NCBI GenBank assembly: GCA_041657425.1
Contig: JBBABY010000007.1
Coordinates: forward strand, 34,328 to 66,327
Source: an archaeon
GTDB taxonomy: Archaea; Iainarchaeota; Iainarchaeia; Iainarchaeales; CSSED10-239
DNA length: 32,000 nt
Direction of reading: 5' to 3'
Shown here: positions 8,882 through 15,424 of the stretch, piece by piece
How positions within the stretch are numbered: position 1 is the first letter of the stretch
How the letters are laid out: each line of letters begins with the position of its first letter
Translations under genes and position numbers: made by a program
The notes under the pieces: generated by a model
Told to the model about the DNA's origin: nothing
The model's input: the letters and a program-made list of their open reading frames with translations, nothing else
Database searches by the model: none

Positions 8882-9316
8882 ATGGTTAAAGAGAATATAA
8901 AATTTAAGGTAATATCTACTGTAATTAAAAGATTAGAAGAAAGAAAAGCAGAAGACATTTTAAGAGTTAGAAGAGCTGAAGAAAGAGCTGAAGAAAACGC
9001 AAGAGTTAGAAAAGCAGAAAACATTTCAAAAGCCAGAAGAGCTGAAGAAAACGCAAGAGCCAGAAAAGCAGAAGACATTTCAAAAGCCAGAAGAGCTGAA
9101 GAAAAAGCAAGAGTAAGAAAAGCTGAAGACATTTTAAGAGACAGAAGAGCTGAAGAAAAAGCAAGAGTAAGAAAAGCTGAAGAAATAATAAGACAAGAAA
9201 AAGCAAGACTAATAAAAAAACAAGAAGAATTAGACAGACAAAAATACGAATTTCAAGCAAGACAAAGACGAGAAGAACAGAGAAAAAAGATTATTAATAG
9301 AAGATTATATAAATAA
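8882..9316 (+). CDS. Highly charged Arg/Glu/Lys/Ala repeat protein (predicted long single alpha-helix or coiled coil)
   Basis: 144 aa built from 18-aa units RRAEE(N/K)AR(V/A)RKAE(D/N)I(S/L)(K/R)(A/D). GGAG at 8868..8871 precedes the ATG. Confidence 0.6.
   Translation: MVKENIKFKVISTVIKRLEERKAEDILRVRRAEERAEENARVRKAENISKARRAEENARARKAEDISKARRAEEKARVRKAEDILRDRRAEEKARVRKAEEIIRQEKARLIKKQEELDRQKYEFQARQRREEQRKKIINRRLYK
8969..9196 (+). repeat. In-frame 54-nt tandem repeat, about 4 units (first unit 66 nt with an internal 12-nt duplication), degenerate half-units on both flanks
   Basis: Units begin with agaagagctgaag at 8969, 9035, 9089 and 9143, an exact 54-nt period for the last three. Units 3 and 4 are identical over their first 40 nt. 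Confidence 0.9.
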
Positions 9317-9320
9317 AAAC

Positions 9321-9477
9321 TATTTATTTATCATTCTTCTTTCTTTTAATTCATTTAGTGCTTTAAGAGCAGATTCGTAAAGGCATCTATTTCTTATTTT
9401 CTAAAAATAACATTTAAATATCTGTCGCTTTATCATTTTAGTATAAATAATTAAACAATTTTAAATGGAGATGATTA
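9321..9477 (+). repeat. Junction module copy A (157 bp): 3' remnant of the 47-aa minus-strand ORF fused to a TATA-like/GGAG leader
   Basis: 152/157 identical, without gaps, to 10321..10477. Contains TTTAAATA (9412..9419), TATAAATA (9442..9449) and AAATGGAGATGA ending just before ATG 9478. Confidence 0.9.
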
Positions 9478-10248
9478 ATGATGGCAGGAGCACCAAAACC
9501 AAAAATAGGCATGGCTAAAACACAAATACCTAAAACAGGATCTAAATCAAAAGAAATAGTTGATCGTGTTAAAAAAGGGGCGGTTACAGGAGGTTTAATT
9601 ATTGCAACATTATTAGCTAGTAATACTCTAAAGCGAGTTATTGTTAATGATGAGATTGATAAAAAATTAGGATCCAAAATATTTCAATATGCCTCTGAAT
9701 ATAAAGCTAAAGGAGATCCTATTTTATTTAGTAAGAATGAAATAGATAAAGCGGTAGAAATATTAAATCAAAGAGCAAAACCAAACGTAATATTTTTCTT
9801 TGATGGATCTAATATAGATAGAATAATCTTGCCAAAATATGTAATAACAACTAGGAAAGCCTTAGGAATATTACCGCAAAAATCCCAAGAAAGAATTCAA
9901 TTAATATTAAAAAAAATAATTTTTGAAAATCTTCATTCTAAAACACAAGATTCTACACAAACTATGGTGGATTATTTAAAAATTTTACAAACTGCAGATT
10001 ATAATAAATTAGAAAGAAAACTTGGTAAAGAAAATGCATTATATTTACAAAAAGCTATAAAAGAAGAAATTTCTAAACTTTCAACAGATAAACAACTGTA
10101 CTTAAAAAATATATGTAAAGATTCAACCGCTACCGGAAATAAAATGATGGTTTTTTCTTTTTTAACTTCGGTGTTTTTGGGGATTTTGTTTAAGCACGCC
10201 GCAAAAGATGGAAGTGGTGGTCATGGTGCTGTTGGAGTGTTTGATTAA
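9478..10248 (+). CDS. Hypothetical membrane protein (256 aa)
   Basis: ORF with GGAG 7 nt upstream. Hydrophobic segments GAVTGGLIIATLLASNTL near the N-terminus and MMVFSFLTSVFLGILF near the C-terminus. No family recognised. Confidence 0.55.
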   Translation: MMAGAPKPKIGMAKTQIPKTGSKSKEIVDRVKKGAVTGGLIIATLLASNTLKRVIVNDEIDKKLGSKIFQYASEYKAKGDPILFSKNEIDKAVEILNQRAKPNVIFFFDGSNIDRIILPKYVITTRKALGILPQKSQERIQLILKKIIFENLHSKTQDSTQTMVDYLKILQTADYNKLERKLGKENALYLQKAIKEEISKLSTDKQLYLKNICKDSTATGNKMMVFSFLTSVFLGILFKHAAKDGSGGHGAVGVFD

Positions 10249-10320
10249 TGAATTTATAAGATTTAAAAATCTACATTTAGAAGAAGGTTAATAATTAGAA
10301 ATGTATTAAAGTAAATAATT

Positions 10321-10477
10321 TATTTATTTATCATTCTTCTTTCTTTTAATTCATTTAGTGCTTTAAGAGCAGATTCATATAGGCATCTATTTCTTATTTT
10401 CTAAAAATTATATTTAAATATCTGTCGTTTTATCATTTTAGTATAAATAATTAAACAATTTTAAATGGAGATGATTA
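10321..10477 (+). repeat. Junction module copy B (157 bp)
   Basis: Same register as copy A, offset exactly 1000 bp, 5 substitutions and no indels. Confidence 0.9.
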
Positions 10478-10761
10478 TGGCAATCGCGGAAAAAAGTTTG
10501 GCTGATAAAATAAAGTTTTTAGAAAAAGCCGGAGCTGGGTGGGAAGACATATTATGTGGAACCACAACTGTAGGCGAATATGAGAAAGCTAAAGAAATTA
10601 TCCTTAAAGATCCAATTATAAATAAGATTTTAAGAGAACATATAAAAGATTACAAAAAGATGACTGTGGCACAGATTGCAGGAAAATTAAGAGAATTAAA
10701 ATTAAATAACAGACCAGCAAGAAGAATTCAAAAGCCTGTAATTAGAAGTAGAGCAAAATAA
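10477..10761 (+). CDS. Hypothetical protein (94 aa from ATG 10477; listed ORF starts at 10465)
   Basis: ATG 10477 sits at the same distance from the shared GGAG (10467..10470) as ATG 9478 does in copy A. No family recognised. Confidence 0.5.
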   Translation: MAIAEKSLADKIKFLEKAGAGWEDILCGTTTVGEYEKAKEIILKDPIINKILREHIKDYKKMTVAQIAGKLRELKLNNRPARRIQKPVIRSRAK

Positions 10762-10766
10762 GTGAA

Positions 10767-10910
10767 TTATTTATTTATCATTCTTCTTTCTTTTAATTCG
10801 TTTAGTGCTTTAAGAGCTGCTTCATATAGGCATCTATTTCTTAAACTTTTTTCTTTTTTTGCTTCTCTGTCAAGAGAGTTTATTATGTCTTCAAGTTCTA
10901 AGTATGCCAT
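10767..10910 (-). CDS. Small ORF, 47 aa (MAYLELEDIINSLDREAKKEKSLRNRCLYEAALKALNELKERRMINK), below the ORF-track cutoff
   Basis: Hand translation of the minus strand gives ATG at 10910, TAA at 10769..10767 and 48 codons. It lies downstream of and co-oriented with hjc. Its 3' half is the sequence repeated in modules A and B. Confidence 0.35.
   Translation of the reverse strand: MAYLELEDIINSLDREAKKEKSLRNRCLYEAALKALNELKERRMINK
10768..10843 (+). repeat. Junction module copy C (76 bp), the ancestral-looking copy lying inside the intact 47-aa ORF
   Basis: 73/76 identical to the first 76 bp of copy B. Similarity ends where copies A and B switch to the promoter/leader part. Confidence 0.85.
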
Positions 10911-10977
10911 ATTTCTTCACGATTAAAAATATATTTTATTAATATATATTTATGAGAGAAAGAGTATTTAAAGACAA

Positions 10978-11379
10978 CTATTTACTTTCAAATTCAGCTA
11001 TGAACTTATCAAAATGAGTGCCTTTTTCTTTAATTTCTTCTCGTTTTATGGAGTAGGCTTTCTTTGTTTTGTTAAGCTTATCAATACCAATAAAGAACCA
11101 TTGGCCTTTTGTTAGCCTCCAAGCAACAAGTGCCTTTAGGCCACTAAGTTTTTCCCAAAGTTGAAGTTCCTCTACTTGTTCTTGCCTAATGTTTAAATAT
11201 TCCCCCTTTTTTGTCTTGCATTCAATAGCTATCGCTTTACCTGCTTTAAAAGCTAAGACATCAGGCGTAGGAAGCTGAGAAGAGCCAGACCCTGCCACTC
11301 TAGACACTGCAAAACCCTTGTTAAATAGGTCAAATAATAGTTCTCTTTCAGCGTTTGAGCCTTTTTGCTTGTTTTTCAT
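10978..11379 (-). CDS. hjc: Holliday junction resolvase Hjc
   Basis: KGSNAERELLFDLFNKGFAVSRVAGSG...PDVLAF....IAIECK carries the archaeal Hjc nuclease motif (E..D..ExK). 133 aa. Confidence 0.88.
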   Translation of the reverse strand: MKNKQKGSNAERELLFDLFNKGFAVSRVAGSGSSQLPTPDVLAFKAGKAIAIECKTKKGEYLNIRQEQVEELQLWEKLSGLKALVAWRLTKGQWFFIGIDKLNKTKKAYSIKREEIKEKGTHFDKFIAEFESK

Positions 11380-11571
11380 AGTAATTTTCCATAATTAAAA
11401 GATTATTATTAAATAAAAAATAAGGGTTTTATTTATATACTTTTTCATATATTAATATATTATAGTAATATAAACAAACAATAAATTTATATTTATATTC
11501 AAAAATTAAAAGATTAGAAAATTAGAATTAAAAGAAGATTTAACTTTTATAAGGAATTTGAGATAAACAAG

Positions 11572-11793
11572 ATGTTTACAAAGAGCCAAATAGTAAATTT
11601 ACAAGTTATTTGTAATACAGATAAACAAGAACTACAAAAGATTGATGATAATACTTATAAACTAAAAATAAGAAGCCAAGCGTTAAAAGGCAAGGCAAAC
11701 AAGGAAATCTTTGAGTTTTTCAAAGAGAAAGGATATAACATAGAGATAGTAAAAGGCGAAAAATCAAATAAAAAATTGATAAAAATCCTTTAA
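11572..11793 (+). CDS. DUF167 / YggU-like small protein
   Basis: KLKIRSQALKGKANKEIFEFFKEKGYNIEIVKGEKSNKKLIKI follows the DUF167 pattern (..dGkAN.eli.fla......v.ivsG.tsr.K.v.i). Confidence 0.7.
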   Translation: MFTKSQIVNLQVICNTDKQELQKIDDNTYKLKIRSQALKGKANKEIFEFFKEKGYNIEIVKGEKSNKKLIKIL

Positions 11794-11885
11794 ATTTATG
11801 TCCTTTTAAAAGTTAAAAGTCTTCTATTTTTCTAGTGTCTAGTCTATTTTTGAATGTTACAAAAACAGAAAGGAGACATTTTAAA

Positions 11886-12236
11886 ATGGGAAAAACATAT
11901 ATAGAAACAATCAAGTACATGATTGTTGCTGATTTTGAAGTTAATGGTTTAGTTGAAAGACCAGATATAATTGGAGCCATTTTTGGACAATCAGAAGGTC
12001 TTTTAGGAGCAAACTTAGACATTAAAGAATTACAACAAAATGGAAAGATTGGAAGAATAGAAATAGAATATACACAGAATCAAAATAAAGTTAGAGGAAT
12101 ATTAAAGCTACCATGTAGTGTTTCTATGGTTGAAACAGCAATCATTGGTGCTTCAATTGAAACTATTGAAAAAGTTGGTCCTTGTGATGCTTATTTTAAA
12201 ATTAAACAAATTGAAGACACAAGAGGACTTAAGTGA
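11886..12236 (+). CDS. dnaG: Archaeal DnaG primase, N-terminal domain fragment terminated by an in-frame TGA
   Basis: MGKTYIETIKYMIVADFEVNGLVERPDIIGAIFGQSEGLLG...GRIEIE...VETAIIGASIETIEKVGPCDAYFKI matches the conserved archaeal DnaG N-terminus. ATG 11886 is preferred because GGAG at 11872..11875 precedes it. The frame continues into the next ORF. Confidence 0.85.
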   Translation: MGKTYIETIKYMIVADFEVNGLVERPDIIGAIFGQSEGLLGANLDIKELQQNGKIGRIEIEYTQNQNKVRGILKLPCSVSMVETAIIGASIETIEKVGPCDAYFKIKQIEDTRGLK

Positions 12237-12278
12237 CAACAAATTAAAGAAAGAGCAATTGAGTTACTTGGAAGATTA

Positions 12279-13925
12279 ATGCAAGAAGAAATTCCAGACA
12301 CTAAGGAGTTAATGGAAGAAATAATGGATACTTTTAAAACAAAAGACATTATTTCATTTGGTCCAGATAAATTAGCAGCAGGTCCAACAGTTGAATCAAG
12401 TAAAGAATTAATTGTTGTGGAAGGAAGAGCAGATGTTTTAACTCTTTTAAGATATGGTTTTACAAATGCAATCGCAACAGGTGGAGCAAGAATACCAAAA
12501 TCTTTAGAAGAGATATCAAGACTTAAGTCAGTAACCATTTTCTTAGATGGAGACCATGGTGCAGATATTCAACAACAACAATTGTTAAAGTCAATTAAAG
12601 TTGAATACATTGCAAGAGCTCCAGATGGAAAAGAAGTTGAAGAATTAACACAGAAGGAAATTAATCAGGCTTTAAGAAGAAGAATAAAAGCAAGTTATGT
12701 AACCAGTGGTAATGGTACAAACAATAATGGACATATATCAACTAACCATCAAAGTACAACAGAACCTTTTGAAAACAAACAACAACCACAATTCAATCAA
12801 TTAACAAAGCAACCAGGAATTGTTAAAGCCACAAAGTTTTCAACAACAAATGATCATAAAGTTGCTCCAAGAACTTTTGAACCAAGAGGATTTGAAAACA
12901 ATTCCAGATCTTTTGATAGTAAGCCGTCATTTGAGAATAGGCAACCTTTTGAAAATAGATCTCAAAATAAATTTTCTCAAAATTCAGGAAGTTACAGACA
13001 ATCACAAGAACATAGTCCTGTAGCTGACGTGTTTAGTCAATTACTTTCCGAAATTCCAAATATCGAAAGAGTTGATATGAGTAGAGAAGATAGAGGCGGT
13101 TCAAGAGATCGCGGATCTAGAGACCATGGTTCAAGGGATAACCAAAGAAGAAATGGAGGAAATGATTTTTCAAGATCTCAAGGAAATAATCGTTTTGAAA
13201 ATAATACAAGACCATTACAAGAAAAAACCAATTTCAACAGACCAGAAAAGTCAATTGTAGATATGGTAAGAGAAGAAACTGAAAGTTTCCATTCTAAATT
13301 AAATTTACCAATGGATAATTTCAAACCACAAGAAACAATTGTTCCACAGATAAGAGCAGAAAACTTACAAGTAAAATTAGATGTCCCACACACAAGAGGA
13401 ATGGAAGTTCCAAACAAAGTAATGGACACTTCAAAAATACAACCTGCTGAGCAAATACAAGAAACAAGAGTAATTTCAAAAACTACAATAAGTAAATCAG
13501 ATTCTTCTGTAAAGCAAGACATTGTAAAAAAGATAACTGAGATTATTGAGAAGAAACAAATTGAAGAAAAGCCAATAATCAAAGAGGAACCAAAGAAGAA
13601 AGTAATTGCTCCTCTTTCAAAAATTACTGATGAAATCAAAACAAATCTTGGTAAGATTGTAGATGATATTAAGGATAAGAAAGAAGCAAGACTCTTAAAT
13701 GAAAAATTCAGAAGGATAAGTAGCTGTAGTGCTGCTGATCTTGAGCACAAGCTAAGAGACTTTACTTCTGATAAGTTATTTGCTATAGCAGTAGATCAAG
13801 ATATGAATGATACAATTAAAGACTTGGCAAAAGAAAAAGGTGCAAAGATAATAGTTGTAAGAAATTCAAATGGAGTAAAAGATAGTCAAATACATGTTCT
13901 TACATATCAAGAAATAAATAAATAA
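12279..13925 (+). CDS. dnaG: Archaeal DnaG primase, TOPRIM and C-terminal domains with a long low-complexity insert (same frame as the upstream fragment)
   Basis: TOPRIM blocks LIVVEGRADVLTLLRYGFTNAIATGG and IFLDGDHGAD, then YIARAPDGKEVEELT. C-terminal block AIAVDQDMNDTIKDLAKEKGAKIIVV. The frame is open back to the TGA at 12234..12236. Confidence 0.85.
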   Translation: MQEEIPDTKELMEEIMDTFKTKDIISFGPDKLAAGPTVESSKELIVVEGRADVLTLLRYGFTNAIATGGARIPKSLEEISRLKSVTIFLDGDHGADIQQQQLLKSIKVEYIARAPDGKEVEELTQKEINQALRRRIKASYVTSGNGTNNNGHISTNHQSTTEPFENKQQPQFNQLTKQPGIVKATKFSTTNDHKVAPRTFEPRGFENNSRSFDSKPSFENRQPFENRSQNKFSQNSGSYRQSQEHSPVADVFSQLLSEIPNIERVDMSREDRGGSRDRGSRDHGSRDNQRRNGGNDFSRSQGNNRFENNTRPLQEKTNFNRPEKSIVDMVREETESFHSKLNLPMDNFKPQETIVPQIRAENLQVKLDVPHTRGMEVPNKVMDTSKIQPAEQIQETRVISKTTISKSDSSVKQDIVKKITEIIEKKQIEEKPIIKEEPKKKVIAPLSKITDEIKTNLGKIVDDIKDKKEARLLNEKFRRISSCSAADLEHKLRDFTSDKLFAIAVDQDMNDTIKDLAKEKGAKIIVVRNSNGVKDSQIHVLTYQEINK

Positions 13926-13942
13926 AAAAATAAAAGAGAAAT

Positions 13943-14329
13943 TTATCTCTTTTTCTTTTTTACAATTTTCTTATTCTCAATAACTTTAGGAACTGGTTTT
14001 GTTTCTACATGTCTATGATAGAAAGCAGTACCAACTATTAGAATTGTGATTGCTAGTAGTGTTTTCATTAATGAATTTAAATATATCATTAGATACTGGC
14101 TTGTTGATAAATCTAATTGATTTTCTCTAATTTTAAAACCAAGTCCTGTTGATGCATTTTCTTTACATAATGCAAGTGTTGCGTCTGTATCTGAAATATC
14201 AATACAAGTTCTATACTCTGTAATGTAGTCCACTCTATTGAAAAGATCAACAAGTGAAAACACAAGTAGCAATATAGACAGAGTTATAATAAACGCGCCA
14301 ATTGTTTTAGTTGTATTTAATTTATTCAT
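13943..14329 (-). CDS. Hypothetical membrane protein (128 aa, two hydrophobic segments)
   Basis: N-terminal TM IGAFIITLSILLLVFSLV and C-terminal TM LLAITILIVGTAFY, with a basic tail KKIVKKKKR. Confidence 0.5.
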   Translation of the reverse strand: MNKLNTTKTIGAFIITLSILLLVFSLVDLFNRVDYITEYRTCIDISDTDATLALCKENASTGLGFKIRENQLDLSTSQYLMIYLNSLMKTLLAITILIVGTAFYHRHVETKPVPKVIENKKIVKKKKR

Positions 14330-14430
14330 AATTTCCCCCTTTTAATTAAATATAATAATATTATTATGGTGTTATGTATTTAAATATTTTTTTGTTTTAG
14401 TATTATATATAGTTTCTAGTTTTTTAGAAA

Positions 14431-14503
14431 GGATCTGTGGTCTAGCGGTTATGATACCACCTTTACAAGGTGGGGGTCGGCGGTCCGATTCCGTCCAGAT
14501 CCA
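14431..14503 (+). tRNA. tRNA-Val (anticodon TAC at 14464..14466)
   Basis: Hand-folded cloverleaf: acceptor GGATCTG/CAGATCC, anticodon arm CCACC-TTTACAA-GGTGG, T arm GGCGG-TCCGATT-CCGTC, discriminator A. 73 nt, no encoded CCA. The T-loop has C where U55 is expected. Confidence 0.8.
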
Positions 14504-14565
14504 TTTTTATTTAACATTTGGTTTCGTATCAGTGAAGTGTAGTCAGTACCATATAAATTCTGGCT

Positions 14566-14591
14566 GGGCGCGATCTGACCGCAACCGGCTC
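14566..14591 (+). repeat. GC-rich 26-nt hairpin motif, intergenic copy (gggcgcgatctgaccgcaaccggctc)
   Basis: Ungapped 20/26 and 19/26 identity to the two copies inside ftsY. Ends 2 nt before tRNA-Leu position 1. Confidence 0.6.
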
Positions 14592-14593
14592 AT

Positions 14594-14675
14594 GCAGGAA
14601 TTCCCGAGTGGCCAAAGGGGCACGGCTAAGAACCGTGTGCTTAGTGCTTCGCAGGTTCGAATCCTGTTTCCTGCA
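14594..14675 (+). tRNA. tRNA-Leu (class II, long variable arm); anticodon reads AAG at 14628..14630
   Basis: Hand fold: acceptor GCAGGAA/TTCCTGC, D arm CCC-GAGTGGCCAAA-GGG, anticodon arm CACGG-CTAAGAA-CCGTG, 13-nt variable region, T arm GCAGG-TTCGAAT-CCTGT, discriminator A. 82 nt. Confidence 0.75.
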
Positions 14676-14701
14676 TATTTTATTATTTAAATGGCTATTT
14701 T

Positions 14702-15424
14702 ATGAATAAAATTTATTCAGTCTATACTACAATGAATCTTTCTCGAATAAAGAAATATTCTAGGGCCAAATTTGGAGAATTAGATATTAACTTTTATTTT
14801 GCAGAAAAAATAAGTAAACTAATTTATAAGAACGTACTTTCTAAAAAAAAGAAATGCGTAATTTATTTTACAAAAAGAGAACCTAGAATTTCAATATATA
14901 CTAATAATTCTGAAATTCTCGCAAAAATGGTTTCTAAAATTTTAAAGTTACCATGTATTATTGGTAAATATAAAAGAAGATATAATAAGAAACATTTTTA
15001 TGATAATCAAATAAAAAGAAAAAGTATTGCTACAACTAGAATTAATGCAGAAATTAAAGAGAAATATAAGAATTATACTGTAATTATGGTTGATGATTCA
15101 ATACTTACAGGAACAGTTTTTAAAGCATCATTAAACGCACTTAAGTCTACGACTAAAGACGTGTATTTATTTACCATCGCGAATTTAAAAGATTGTAAAT
15201 TTTCAGAAAAAGAAGTTAATAACTTTTATTATTCTTTGAAAGGTATAGATTATTTAATTTTTCTTCTTAATCTGAAAAAACCAATTATTTCTGGACAATT
15301 GTTGAGAACAATTGATGATTTGAATAATACAGAAGTAAAAAGATTATTAAAAAATATTCCCGTTACAGAATCCAGTTTACTTAAAAAAGCATTTAAACAC
15401 TATATTGGAAGAAAATTAAATTAA
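14702..15424 (+). CDS. Phosphoribosyltransferase-fold protein (ComF/PRTase-like)
   Basis: Canonical PRPP-binding loop YTVIMVDDSILTGTVF in the middle of a 240-aa ORF. The flanks are unrecognisable. Confidence 0.6.
   Translation: MNKIYSVYTTMNLSRIKKYSRAKFGELDINFYFAEKISKLIYKNVLSKKKKCVIYFTKREPRISIYTNNSEILAKMVSKILKLPCIIGKYKRRYNKKHFYDNQIKRKSIATTRINAEIKEKYKNYTVIMVDDSILTGTVFKASLNALKSTTKDVYLFTIANLKDCKFSEKEVNNFYYSLKGIDYLIFLLNLKKPIISGQLLRTIDDLNNTEVKRLLKNIPVTESSLLKKAFKHYIGRKLN

Noticed and set aside
8969-9196. CRISPR array (also considered for the three GC-rich 26-nt motifs)
   Set aside because: The 54-nt units are contiguous with no spacers and are in-frame coding sequence. The GC motifs are 405 nt and more than 7 kb apart, two are inside ftsY, and no cas genes are present.
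8878-9260. Two 84-aa minus-strand ORFs (8878..9132 and 9006..9260) with Leu/Phe/Ser repeats
   Set aside because: They are mirror images of the 54-nt coding repeat on the plus strand. The plus-strand frame has an RBS and a plausible start, and the antisense frames are open only because the repeat lacks stops.
11380-11571. Replication origin in the 190-bp, extremely AT-rich hjc / DUF167 divergent intergenic region
   Set aside because: The only repeat is a 13-mer, AATTAAAAGATTA, at 11393..11405 and 11504..11516, with a partial third copy. There is no ORB-like element with a G-string and no adjacent orc1/cdc6. Such repeats are expected by chance in AT-rich promoter DNA.
12234-12236. Genome-wide TGA reassignment (code 4/25-like) or selenocysteine as the explanation for the in-frame TGA in dnaG
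   Set aside because: TGA terminates several well-recognised genes at their expected C-termini in this window: kae1 at 6065..6067, aIF6 at 21312..21314 (followed by TAA), the pilin-like gene at 27690..27692, and the ATGA-coupled ORFs at 955..957 and 8422..8424. The interrupted position lies in a non-catalytic linker, not where a Cys/Sec would be expected. The other interrupted gene uses TAA.
13178-13750. 190-aa minus-strand ORF, plus smaller ORFs at 12191..12538, 12820..13023 and 12823..13005
   Set aside because: All are embedded in or antisense to the dnaG reading frame, which has clear family motifs. Their low-complexity composition is typical of shadow ORFs.
14451-14690. Listed 79-aa ORF
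   Set aside because: It is built entirely from the GC-rich tRNA-Val and tRNA-Leu genes and their spacer. It is an artefact of stop-poor RNA-gene sequence.
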